Assembly (NCBI GenBank): GCA_041178425.1
Contig: JBEGVH010000040.1
Location: forward strand, 32,001-96,000
From: Pseudomonadota bacterium
Lineage (GTDB): Bacteria > Bdellovibrionota > Bdellovibrionia > Bdellovibrionales > Bdellovibrionaceae
DNA: 64,000 nt
Direction of reading: 5' to 3'
The notes beneath the pieces were generated by a model that had not been told where the DNA came from, did no database searches, and saw only the letters and a list, made by a program, of their open reading frames with translations. This document shows, in pieces, positions 8,858 to 18,306 of the stretch. Each line of letters starts with the position of its first letter. Position 1 is the first letter of the stretch. A program made the translations under genes and the position numbers.

Positions 8858-11368
8858 ATGACAAAAGAAAAAGATTCACAGACGCCATTGATGCGACAGT
8901 ACTGGGAAATTAAGTCGGCTCATGCCGATAAGATTTTGTTTTTTCGAATGGGCGATTTTTTTGAAATGTTTTTCGATGATGCCATAACCGCAGCTCCGAT
9001 TCTCGGAATTGCTCTCACATCTCGAAACAAAAAAGCCCAAGATGAAACCCCCATGTGTGGAATTCCTCATCATTCAGTGGCGGGGCCTATCAATAAACTT
9101 TTGTCTCAAGGTTTCAAAGTCGCCATTTGTGATCAAATCGAAGACCCCAAATTTGCCAAAGGGATCGTAAAGAGAGCCGTGACTCGGATCCTCACGCCGG
9201 GAATGGTCTTTGATAATGAAACTCTCGAGGCTACTGAATCTCACTTTATGGCGTGCTACGAAGCCAATCATTTGGCTTTTGTCGATCCAACCACGGGCGA
9301 GGCTTTTTATTTTAAAACGCCGGAGGTCCATCAGGCTCGAAAGCTCTTGCAATTGTTACCAGTGGCAGAGCTCGTCCTTCACCCTGATTTGATAGAGGAT
9401 TGGAAAACTAATAATCTGACATTGAGTCTCTCATCGCATTCGGAAGCTTTCGGTGATGATTCAGAGCCAGAAGCCTGCTCTCGATTGCGTTCTTATATAA
9501 AAAGTTTGGGAGGAGAAGATGCACTTGCTGTAATCAAATCGTTCGAAAAACGCGAGTGGCAACATCGTCTAGAAGTCTCTCCAACAAGTTTACGGCATTT
9601 AGAAGTTTTTAACACCTACAAGGGCGACACTAAAGGAAGTCTCTTTAAGGCGATCGATCGGACGCAAACATCCATCGGTGGACGAATGCTTCGACAGTGG
9701 TTGGCTTTCCCTCTTCGAGACGAAGCGGCTATTCAGCGACGATTTGATCAAATTGAAAAATGGATTCCTAAGCTTTTCGAATTAAAAGACCTTCGTCGAC
9801 AATTGTCTCAAATTGGCGACATCGAACGGCGGTTGAGTCGTTTAGTCACTCCACAAAGTCACGCACGCGATCTTATTTCGATTGCACAGGCAACTCAGGG
9901 TTCAATCACGGCGCTACGAAATGCTGCCAACGAATGGACAGGAAAACTTTCTCATCTTGACCTCATAAAACTAACAGAGCAGTCACAGAAAATTCTGCAC
10001 ACCTTCAGAGAGGATGCTCCTCTCTCGACTCGACAGGGCCATATGATTCAGGAGGGTGTCTCAGTTGAACTAGACGAAATGATCCGGTTGACTCAAGATA
10101 CGCAATCCTTGTTGAGTGAGATGGAAGCTCGCGAAAAAGAGGCAACGGGAATCAGTTCTTTGAAGATCCGATACAATAATGTTTTTGGCTATTATATCGA
10201 GATTACTAATACCCATAAAGACAAGGCTCCTGCTCACTATCAGCGCAAGCAAACACTTACCAATGCGGAGCGATTTTGCACGGATGAGCTCATTGAGCTG
10301 GAAAAAAAGGTTTTAACGGCTCAAACTAAGCGAGCTGATCTCGAATGGGCAATTTATGATCAGATTCGGCGCGAAGTTGTAAATTCCTCACAATCTTATC
10401 TGTCATTGGCGAACGAAATCGCAGAAATTGATGTATTGTCGAGTTTGAGTTGGTTGGCTATTGAGCAAAATTATTGTCGACCGATCTTTAATGAGACTGA
10501 GGGTTTGCAGCTCCTCGGATCACGACATCCCGTTGTTGAACAGGAAATGCCGGGTAAATTTATATCAAACAATATTCATTTATCTGCCGATAACTGTATG
10601 TTGCTAACGGGTCCGAACATGGCGGGTAAGAGCACGCTCATGCGACAGGTGGCAGTGACTGCGATACTGGCTCAGATGGGAAGTTTTGTTCCTTGCGAGA
10701 AAGCGCAGTTACCAATCTTTGATCATCTTTTTACAAGGATTGGTGCGAGTGACCATCTTTCTGAAGGCCTTAGTACCTTTATGGTGGAAATGACGGAGAC
10801 TGCGGAAATCCTCAAGGACTGCACGCGGTCATCGTTGGTGATTCTAGATGAGGTAGGCCGAGGAACAAGCACATTTGATGGGTTATCACTAGCCCAGTCG
10901 ATTCTTGAACACCTACTAACCCAGAAAAAAGCGATTACTTTTTTTGCGACTCACTACCATGAATTAACTGAGTTAGAGCCACATTATTCTAATCTCGCTA
11001 ACTACCATATGGCTGTTAGCGAGCGCGGTGTAGAGGTTGAGTTTTTACACACTCTCATCAGTGGGCCCGCTCTAAAATCCTATGGAATCTATGTGGCTGA
11101 GCTTGCGGGTTTACCTGTGGCGGTGACTCGGAGGGCGAAGACTCTCTTAAAGCAAGTTGAATCGCAGAAAATGACGGTGAGTGCGCAACTTAGTTTTATG
11201 GATTATATGATTGAGGAACCGCTTTCGTCGAAAGAATTCAATGGCGCGAGCGAATCCCAAATAAAAGTGTGTAATGAGATTCAGTCGATGGCGTTGGGGG
11301 AAATGACACCATTGAAAGCGTTGAATGTTCTTGCGCAATGGCAAGAGATGTTAAAAACATTGAACTAG
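8858..11368 (+). CDS. mutS: DNA mismatch repair protein MutS
   Basis: TPLMRQY, FFRMGDFFEMF, Walker A TGPNMAGKST, STFMVEM, ILDEVGRGTST, FATHYHEL. Confidence 0.98.
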   Translation: MTKEKDSQTPLMRQYWEIKSAHADKILFFRMGDFFEMFFDDAITAAPILGIALTSRNKKAQDETPMCGIPHHSVAGPINKLLSQGFKVAICDQIEDPKFAKGIVKRAVTRILTPGMVFDNETLEATESHFMACYEANHLAFVDPTTGEAFYFKTPEVHQARKLLQLLPVAELVLHPDLIEDWKTNNLTLSLSSHSEAFGDDSEPEACSRLRSYIKSLGGEDALAVIKSFEKREWQHRLEVSPTSLRHLEVFNTYKGDTKGSLFKAIDRTQTSIGGRMLRQWLAFPLRDEAAIQRRFDQIEKWIPKLFELKDLRRQLSQIGDIERRLSRLVTPQSHARDLISIAQATQGSITALRNAANEWTGKLSHLDLIKLTEQSQKILHTFREDAPLSTRQGHMIQEGVSVELDEMIRLTQDTQSLLSEMEAREKEATGISSLKIRYNNVFGYYIEITNTHKDKAPAHYQRKQTLTNAERFCTDELIELEKKVLTAQTKRADLEWAIYDQIRREVVNSSQSYLSLANEIAEIDVLSSLSWLAIEQNYCRPIFNETEGLQLLGSRHPVVEQEMPGKFISNNIHLSADNCMLLTGPNMAGKSTLMRQVAVTAILAQMGSFVPCEKAQLPIFDHLFTRIGASDHLSEGLSTFMVEMTETAEILKDCTRSSLVILDEVGRGTSTFDGLSLAQSILEHLLTQKKAITFFATHYHELTELEPHYSNLANYHMAVSERGVEVEFLHTLISGPALKSYGIYVAELAGLPVAVTRRAKTLLKQVESQKMTVSAQLSFMDYMIEEPLSSKEFNGASESQIKVCNEIQSMALGEMTPLKALNVLAQWQEMLKTLN

Positions 11369-11417
11369 GGTTCCGCTTGCTGGATGCGCGGGCGATGCCC
11401 CTATTCTCTGTGAACAA

Positions 11418-12458
11418 CTAGAGGTTGTGTTTTGTTTGTCCACTAGAAATTAAATTAGTTTCATTTGCGTCTGAGCTGGCAATCGCTCGATCTTTATTTA
11501 GATCGATGAGATAGAAACTGTTGGAAGCCACATTGTGATTGTTGTCGTATTCGCGAAAGGCTGCGACACAGCGCCCGATGGAGGCCCCGTACCCAGCTGT
11601 ACCTCCGCCATTGTAGATCGCACCAAGGCGGTGAGCTTGCGCGGCACTCGCCGTCGAGCGTATTTGCCTTCGATTGTTTGCCTTTCCAACAATAGCATAG
11701 CTTCCGCCGCTCACGCGACCTGATCCCGGCATTTCTGAAAGGTGAAGCGCATTCATGCAAATGGCATGATCACGATAAAAAGGACTCAGGGTCGTTGTTG
11801 GAGGTTTGGTTTTCGCAATCTGGAGAAGATCCTCCGCTTTTGAAGGCTTGATTTGAGCAATCGAGATATTTGAATAGGCAAGAGGATGGGTTGTCGATTT
11901 CGAAAGTGCATTAAGACAGTCGGTCAGTCTTTGCTCTTTTTCGGGGGCGCTTCGGATGATGCGTTCATAGCCCGACCAGGTTCCAAAAGTGAACTGGGCC
12001 AAACCCACTCCGCACATCTTATTTTTATTTTTACAAACGGCAAGGCGATTAAATTCGACCTGGTATGGGTCGTTGTTGTTTTTCACAGAAGAGCTTTCTT
12101 GCCGAAGGATACAGTAGGGAACCTCTGGATCCATCTGGAGATTCAAAGCTTGATAAGCTCTGAGAGTTTGGCTCCGAACGCATTCGGGACTCACGTCTTC
12201 GGAATAGCTACCAGAATTCAAACGATCTCGGCATTGAGAGGAATCGGTGACTTGTGTTGCGAAGGGATTTTTTTCTTGCAATTTTTTGACGTCGGAGAAC
12301 TCAAACGGGTTATTTTTGTTTTTGCTTTGGTATGAACTAAAAAGATTTTGCGGCTCAGGCTTCTTTGGCGCTGAGGCAAGGCAGCCTGCGATAAACTGTG
12401 ATGCCAGCAAAATCAATATTGCATCGGGGCGCTTTAAAAAATTGATGGTTCGGTTCAT
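11418..12458 (-). CDS. Lipoprotein with lytic transglycosylase (SLT-like) domain
   Basis: Lipobox IAGC; catalytic ILRQESS, GVGLAQFT, AIYNGG; SD AAAGGAGG precedes ATG 12458. Confidence 0.7.
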   Translation of the reverse strand: MNRTINFLKRPDAILILLASQFIAGCLASAPKKPEPQNLFSSYQSKNKNNPFEFSDVKKLQEKNPFATQVTDSSQCRDRLNSGSYSEDVSPECVRSQTLRAYQALNLQMDPEVPYCILRQESSSVKNNNDPYQVEFNRLAVCKNKNKMCGVGLAQFTFGTWSGYERIIRSAPEKEQRLTDCLNALSKSTTHPLAYSNISIAQIKPSKAEDLLQIAKTKPPTTTLSPFYRDHAICMNALHLSEMPGSGRVSGGSYAIVGKANNRRQIRSTASAAQAHRLGAIYNGGGTAGYGASIGRCVAAFREYDNNHNVASNSFYLIDLNKDRAIASSDANETNLISSGQTKHNL

Positions 12459-12495
12459 GGGGCCTCCTTTTACAGTCTTCTCAAACATTATAGTA

Positions 12496-12511
12496 AGCAA
12501 AAAACCGGCCT
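12496..12511 (-). promoter_or_regulatory. Putative sigma-54 promoter
   Basis: Minus strand AGGCCGGTTTTTTGCT, GG-N10-GC, about 40 bp before the SLT gene start. Confidence 0.5.
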
Positions 12512-12780
12512 GAAGAAGTGAATCAAAATGAGATACGGAGTCTGTAGCGAGTGGTTTAAAGCCCTCATATTTGAAATAAATATTTTATATTTATGGATGG
12601 AAATCTGGACCCTCCGGTCTGGCCCAATTTTGCTCATCAGTATCTTGTTTCTAATCGGTGGATTTTAACTATAAGGAGGTGTGGTGTTTCTATTTGAGAC
12701 GGAATTGAAAAGTTCGAGGCTTTAATCTAGTTCGCTAGGGACTAGTTCTCACCGAATGTAGGATCAAGTAGAATTTATCT

Positions 12781-13092
12781 ATGTCGAAATGCCCTTATAC
12801 CTGGTTTGTTGGTCTATTTAGCGGTTCGTCGCCGTTTCCAAAAACGGAGGCGACGCATCTCCGTGTAACCGTTGAAAAAGAACGAGTTCGCGTGGTGGAC
12901 GTGGCTCTTCCTGCTGGAAGTGCACGGTGGCTCATTGATCTGATACCAAGTGACGTGATCGTTAAAATCAAAGAAGAGGGAATTCCTATCGAAGCTATTC
13001 AAGAGGATTTAGCTCAAAGAGCGCACTTGAGTCCTCAAAAGATTTTCAATCTTGAAGAACCGCACCGACAAGTTGTTGTGTGGCTTGAATAA
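12781..13092 (+). CDS. Hypothetical protein
   Basis: 103-aa ORF with normal composition, convergent with and abutting the next gene. Confidence 0.6.
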   Translation: MSKCPYTWFVGLFSGSSPFPKTEATHLRVTVEKERVRVVDVALPAGSARWLIDLIPSDVIVKIKEEGIPIEAIQEDLAQRAHLSPQKIFNLEEPHRQVVVWLE

Positions 13093-13095
13093 AAC

Positions 13096-13479
13096 TTATT
13101 TACTGCTTTGGATCCAAAGTCGGATAGCAACATAAATAAGAAACACTGAAAACGCTTTGCTGAGTATTTTTGATGACAAAACGATCGATAACTTTGAGCC
13201 AATCAGAGCTCCAAAAAACATCCCAGCACTGATCATAAGGCCCATTTTAAAGTGAGTTTGATTTATAATGCCAGCTTTGAAGTATTGCCATACGCCGAGA
13301 ATTCCCACTGGGAGGATCATGGCAACGAGTGATGTTGCACTGGCTGTTTTCATCTCGAGGCCATAAACAAAATAAAGAAGAGGAACAATAATAACTCCGC
13401 CCCCGATTCCAAAAAGGCCCGAGCCAATTCCGGCAATCAATCCAGTAGCACAAAGAATAAGAAGCTGAAGATTAGTCAT
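13096..13479 (-). CDS. TSUP / TauE-SafE family permease (half-size)
   Basis: GLIAGIGSGLFGIGGGVIIVP, ASATSL, four TM segments. Confidence 0.85.
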   Translation of the reverse strand: MTNLQLLILCATGLIAGIGSGLFGIGGGVIIVPLLYFVYGLEMKTASATSLVAMILPVGILGVWQYFKAGIINQTHFKMGLMISAGMFFGALIGSKLSIVLSSKILSKAFSVFLIYVAIRLWIQSSK

Positions 13480-13518
13480 AGACTCATAGTTAAAGACGAA
13501 ACTTCAATGAGTCAAAAA

Positions 13519-14058
13519 CTATTTTTTAACTTTTATTTTTCGTTTCTCAGTCTTCGCAGAGAGATCATTTTGGTAGGCCAGCTTACCAAAATATTTTCGG
13601 GCCGCTCGATTGTAAGCTGAAGCCGCGTCTTTTTCACTGGCAAAGTTCCCTAGATTGATTGAAACTCCATCGACTTCGATTCCTGCTCTCCAGTTACTGC
13701 TTCCTTTGGCAAAAGAGACTCCTCTAAAAATAGAAGAAGCATCCTTTCTTGCTTTGGGTAGCAGGCGTTGGCGTTCCTTAAGAGTGCAAACAACGAGATT
13801 GTCACGTCGGTAATCGAGTCCCTCGTTAAAGCGCCTAGCATAAACCTGTTTGCCAGCTGGGGGCTTCATAAGAAAGGCACCCAAAGTGATATTTTTGACT
13901 CCGTTTTCGGTTCGAACAGAGGTAACCACTCGTGGTCGCCCTGAGGCTCCGTAGGTAATTCTCCATTTGTGTTTTTCAATTTTGGATAAATCTTTACGAT
14001 CAACTTTGATCTTAGTTTCTGGGTGCACTTTGATGTAGGTCCAAGTGGAGCTTGCCAT
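13519..14058 (-). CDS. AP2 DNA-binding domain protein with degenerate HNH-like N-terminal region
   Basis: C-terminal SSIFRGVS...WRAGI...NLGNFASEKDAASAYNRAARKYFGKLA is an AP2 domain; the preceding GLDYRRDNLVVCT matches the HNH-AP2 linker. Confidence 0.8.
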   Translation of the reverse strand: MASSTWTYIKVHPETKIKVDRKDLSKIEKHKWRITYGASGRPRVVTSVRTENGVKNITLGAFLMKPPAGKQVYARRFNEGLDYRRDNLVVCTLKERQRLLPKARKDASSIFRGVSFAKGSSNWRAGIEVDGVSINLGNFASEKDAASAYNRAARKYFGKLAYQNDLSAKTEKRKIKVKK

Positions 14059-14312
14059 TATGGTGATTCCTTCTGTTTGGTTTTATAATTATTGCATAGT
14101 GCGAACGAGGGTAGCCAGAAAAAAGATGGTGATATTCGAGTTGTCTGTTAAGTTGGCTTGGGGTTTTGAATTTGAAAAATCTTACTTTTGAGTGAGTTGC
14201 TAAAAGTGATTGTTTACAACTCGATCGATGACCGCCAAAAAAGACACTTTATCAGATTGAAACACACAATTCTCAATTTGATACATTCATAGCGAAATGG
14301 ATGCTTTTGTTT

Positions 14313-14328
14313 TGGCCAGCTTTTTGCT
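14313..14328 (+). promoter_or_regulatory. Putative sigma-54 promoter
   Basis: TGGCCAGCTTTTTGCT, GG-N10-GC, 45 bp upstream of ATG 14373. Confidence 0.55.
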
Positions 14329-14372
14329 CCGAAGTAAGAGTGATGTCTTTGATCGGAATTGCGAGGAGAATA

Positions 14373-14705
14373 ATGGTGAAAAAATATAAATTGACGTATC
14401 TCATTCTCTGGCTCGCGTTAGTTTTTAAATTGCCGCTCATGGCGCAGACGACCAAAACTCTTGTTCAAACGGCGAACACGAAGCTACCTGGAGTAAGCAA
14501 AGTCTTGGTGTTGCCTACATCAAAAAAATTGATGACCACCACGAAGTTAAGTTCAGAAGATCCGAATCTCTTGAAGCATCAAGGTGATGATGGTGGGCAG
14601 ATCATAGTCGAGGACGAAGGGTCTGTGTTTTCGGGCGACAGGAGCATGGAGACGAATGAGTTGATCCACAGGCCTCCTTCATCGACTAACTCTGCCAATC
14701 GCTAA
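14373..14705 (+). CDS. Small hypothetical exported protein
   Basis: SD GAGGAG before ATG 14373; signal peptide MVKKYKLTYLILWLALVFKLPLMA. Confidence 0.55.
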   Translation: MVKKYKLTYLILWLALVFKLPLMAQTTKTLVQTANTKLPGVSKVLVLPTSKKLMTTTKLSSEDPNLLKHQGDDGGQIIVEDEGSVFSGDRSMETNELIHRPPSSTNSANR

Positions 14706-14841
14706 AAAAACCATCACTATTGCGTCATTGTGTCGAGGCTTGCTGCCCTTATGGCGAGCCATAAAACTTGGATTTGAAACTCTTGAGCAAATACTCAAGA
14801 AGAGCTAGAATAATCAGAGCAGGGTTTGTGGGGGTATCAAA

Positions 14842-15717
14842 GTGCAAGAACTCATTTCAAAAGCGCCTTGGTTTAATAACCCTGATATACAGCCCTATGT
14901 GTTTGTTCGTGAAGAAAATCATATTGCTACTCCCGGACAGAGGCATCATCTGGATTGGTTTCAGGGGCGAAATCCAATTTTTAAAAATCCGCTCGATTTA
15001 AATCACCTTGAGTTCGCAGAACAAATTTACTTTCTCGAAGAAAAAGCATTTGGGCCTGCCAATCTGGCAATGCCTCGCTGGGTGTTTTACGACTGTGCCA
15101 TAGTGCCTGGCTTCGTTGCGGGTTTCGCCCATCGAACTGAGACTCTTCCTGAGTCTTTAAAAAGTAAACTTAGATACAGTGCCGACCTCGATTGGACCCC
15201 CCTCAGTTTATTCATTATCATTCCAACGATGGCAAAAGGTGAGTGGGTTGCTCACAATCTATGCTCTGTAAACTCATTATTACCTCGAGATGAGCAATTT
15301 TATGGCCTTGGCTTTTTGTCGAAGGCTTTTGGTCTTTGGTACGCGAACGTTGAAACCTGCGTAGGAATGACCCAGTGGAGCTCTCCGGCACGTCGACTTC
15401 ATTCTCACTACGGCCCTATGGAAATTCTCACGAGTTACACTCCTATTCATTCCCACGCTGAAACTCTCACTTATCGGGTAAAGGTAAATGTCAATAGCTG
15501 GATGCTCTTTTTTACGAGGGAACCAGATTTGGAATTTTTGGAAACCTATCGCCCATCGGGACTGACAGTTGACCCAACCGATATAAATAGCTTAAAAGGA
15601 CTACAAAAAAGATTAGAAATTGGTGAAGGCCCCTATTTTTTGAGTGCAGCAGAAATAGCCGCTCAGAGTCTGAAGGCCCCTCTAAGAATTTATACACCCA
15701 AACAAAACAAAGGATAA
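14842..15717 (+). CDS. Hypothetical protein
   Basis: 291-aa ORF, first of a tightly spaced three-gene run ending in the helicase. Confidence 0.7.
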   Translation: MQELISKAPWFNNPDIQPYVFVREENHIATPGQRHHLDWFQGRNPIFKNPLDLNHLEFAEQIYFLEEKAFGPANLAMPRWVFYDCAIVPGFVAGFAHRTETLPESLKSKLRYSADLDWTPLSLFIIIPTMAKGEWVAHNLCSVNSLLPRDEQFYGLGFLSKAFGLWYANVETCVGMTQWSSPARRLHSHYGPMEILTSYTPIHSHAETLTYRVKVNVNSWMLFFTREPDLEFLETYRPSGLTVDPTDINSLKGLQKRLEIGEGPYFLSAAEIAAQSLKAPLRIYTPKQNKG

Positions 15718-15723
15718 GAATAT

Positions 15724-16152
15724 ATGGTTCAGTTGCCTGCGGTTGCTTCGAGTTTCTATTGTCATTGTTCTAAATGTGGTCAGGATCGCTATCACAAGGT
15801 GTTGACTCACACTAATGCGACCACAGTTCGATTAAAGTGCGAAGTTTGTGCTAAAACTGGAAATCATAACCTTGAAGAGAAAAAAACGGCCACCTCAAAG
15901 GTAAAATCAACGCGCACCTCTACTCGCTCGGCGGCAGCGAAAACGGCTCACCACAATTCAATGTTTGAATCTATGAAGGGAAACATCCAATCAGCGGTGG
16001 CAGTTCCCTACAATATGAAAATTTCGTTTAAAGAAGAGCAGGTTGTACAACATCCTAAATTCGGTCTTGGCCTTGTGCGCTCCGTGCAAGGTGACAAAAT
16101 TGAAGTTTTTTTTGAAGATGAAGTCAGATTTTTAGTGCACGGTCGTGCCTAA
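15724..16152 (+). CDS. Zn-ribbon plus PcrA/UvrD-CTD-like Tudor domain protein
   Basis: CSKC...H...CEVC...H N-terminus; C-terminal VVQHPKFGLGLV...KIEVFF. Confidence 0.7.
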   Translation: MVQLPAVASSFYCHCSKCGQDRYHKVLTHTNATTVRLKCEVCAKTGNHNLEEKKTATSKVKSTRTSTRSAAAKTAHHNSMFESMKGNIQSAVAVPYNMKISFKEEQVVQHPKFGLGLVRSVQGDKIEVFFEDEVRFLVHGRA

Positions 16153-16170
16153 TTTGATTCTCTAGGCTGA

Positions 16171-18216
16171 ATGAAATCAAAGCCATCGAATAGCCCATGG
16201 GTCCAAGGGCTCAATCCAGAGCAAGCGCAAGCGGTCCTCCACAGTGAAGGGCCGCTTCTTATTTTAGCGGGTGCAGGCTCGGGGAAAACCACTGTTTTGG
16301 TTGCACGGGCCGGTCGTTTAGTGGCCGAAGGCGTTTGTCGTCCAGATGAGCTCACAGTTTTGACTTTTACAAATAAAGCCGCGCGCGAACTTAAGCATCG
16401 GGTGCAAGTCAAATTAGGCAAAGTGGCCAAGAAAATTTGGGCAGGCACCTTTCACTCCTTCGGTTTACAAATCGTAAAAAAATATCACAAGCAGTTGGGT
16501 CTTCCTCATTCACCAACTATTCTTGATCAGAGTGACACGCAGGCAATCATTAAAGATTTGCTACGAGATTTGACGATCGCTGGAAAAGATAAGTTTGCGA
16601 CAGAGAAACTATTAAATCTTGTCAATGAGAAGCGAGCCAATCCAAAGAAAACCCTCGTAGCCGAGGAGGAATATCTCACCGTGGCCGATTGGCTTCTACC
16701 TCGCTACGAAAAGCGTCTCTCCCTCTTGGGGGCCGTTGATTTTGAGGGACTCCTGCTATTACCGCTCAAATTGCTCAAAGAAAACACTGATATTCGATTT
16801 GAGGTTCAGAAGCACACTCGCTACATGATGGTTGATGAGTTTCAAGATACCAATGCTCTGCAAATGGAGTTGATAGACCTTCTCATTCGGCCCCAAGACA
16901 ATCTTGCGGTGGTTGGTGATGACGATCAGTCGATTTATGGATGGCGAGGAGCTGTCATTCAAAACATCCTTGATTTTCCTCGCCAGTACAAAAAGTGTCA
17001 GGTGGTGAAATTGGAGCGTAATTATCGTTCTACGCCAGCCATTGTGGCGGTTGCGAATAGTGTCATTGAGAAAAACGACCATCGCCATGGCAAAGTGCTC
17101 AAGGCACAAGACTCTCACGACGACCCGCTGCCGGAAATATTTCAGTGCGAAAGTGACGAAGAAGAGTGCGAATTCGTCGTACAGCAAGTGCGACACTTCG
17201 GGGGGCTGGGGTATAAGCCAGCCGATATAGCTGTTCTCTTTCGCTCCAACGGGCAAGGGGCCCTTCTTGAGGGAACCCTTCGTCGGCATCATATCAAGTA
17301 TAAAATCACTGGAAGCTCGACTCTTTTTGATCGCAGAGAGGTAAAAGATGGCTTGGCCTTTCTACGATCGGCCTTAGCGCCTACGGATTTCTCTTTAAAA
17401 AGAATCCTTAACGTGCCCCCAAGAGGGCTCGGTGATGCCTTTTTGGAAACGGTGAACGAGGCTCAAAGTCATTCGGGGAAAGATTTTTTTGGTCTTCTCA
17501 CAGGAGATGGAGAGGCTCTTGGTCTAAAGAGTAATGTTCGTGAGAGCCTACAGGAACGGATGAGACAGCTCGATGATTTTGCAAAAAAATTATTGGATCG
17601 GTCTTCTAATTTAACACCCGGTCAGGAGCTTGAAGAGTTTCTTCGGGGAATTGGTTACCGTGATGAATTATTAGCAAGAAGTCCGGAAGCGCAAGCGGCT
17701 GAGCGACGTTGGTCGCTCATATGTATTTTAGGAAGAATTCTCGATGGTTTTGTACAAAAAGGGGAACGCAGCTTAGCGACCTTGATTGAGTTTTTAGAAG
17801 CTATGGAGCTTCGAGATTTCGATAGCAATGAAGAGGCCCATGATGAAATTCAGCTTTTAACTATGCATGCCTCGAAGGGGCTCGAATATCCAGTGGTGAT
17901 AATTATTGGAGTTGAGGAAGATTTGATTCCTCATCGAGTTTTAGGGACAGACGTGACGGAAGAGCGCCGGCTCTTTTATGTAGCGGTCACCAGAGCTAAA
18001 AAGCATCTTTTGATCTCGCGATGTTTAAAGCGAGAACGCTATGGTCGTCCTCAACCTGTGGCGCCCTCACGATTTTTACTAGAGATCCCTCCGGATCTCT
18101 ACCTTAAATACGATTCGATTTATCGCCCGGTCTCGGGTGAGGCAAGGCAAACCCTGGTTTCTGACTTCATGACCAAACTTCGCGATCGTCAGGCGACCAA
18201 GCCGAAAGCTCCTTAA
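16171..18216 (+). CDS. UvrD/Rep/PcrA family SF1A DNA helicase
   Basis: LNPEQ, AGAGSGKT, TFTNKAA, VDEFQDTN, VGDDDQSIYGWRGA, NYRS, TMHASKGLEY, EERRLFYVAVTRA. Confidence 0.96.
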   Translation: MKSKPSNSPWVQGLNPEQAQAVLHSEGPLLILAGAGSGKTTVLVARAGRLVAEGVCRPDELTVLTFTNKAARELKHRVQVKLGKVAKKIWAGTFHSFGLQIVKKYHKQLGLPHSPTILDQSDTQAIIKDLLRDLTIAGKDKFATEKLLNLVNEKRANPKKTLVAEEEYLTVADWLLPRYEKRLSLLGAVDFEGLLLLPLKLLKENTDIRFEVQKHTRYMMVDEFQDTNALQMELIDLLIRPQDNLAVVGDDDQSIYGWRGAVIQNILDFPRQYKKCQVVKLERNYRSTPAIVAVANSVIEKNDHRHGKVLKAQDSHDDPLPEIFQCESDEEECEFVVQQVRHFGGLGYKPADIAVLFRSNGQGALLEGTLRRHHIKYKITGSSTLFDRREVKDGLAFLRSALAPTDFSLKRILNVPPRGLGDAFLETVNEAQSHSGKDFFGLLTGDGEALGLKSNVRESLQERMRQLDDFAKKLLDRSSNLTPGQELEEFLRGIGYRDELLARSPEAQAAERRWSLICILGRILDGFVQKGERSLATLIEFLEAMELRDFDSNEEAHDEIQLLTMHASKGLEYPVVIIIGVEEDLIPHRVLGTDVTEERRLFYVAVTRAKKHLLISRCLKRERYGRPQPVAPSRFLLEIPPDLYLKYDSIYRPVSGEARQTLVSDFMTKLRDRQATKPKAP

Positions 18217-18306
18217 AAAACCTAAAAAAGATGCGCTGCCCAATAGCTCGACCTTTGGTTCTAATCCTCTGACAATTTTTAAATCAACTTCACCGGAGGA
18301 AAAGAT

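Noticed and set aside
17944..17953. Partial REP-like matches in the helicase gene (GGGACAGACG) and in map (about 24029)
   Set aside because: Incomplete matches explained by ordinary or conserved codons and expected by chance.
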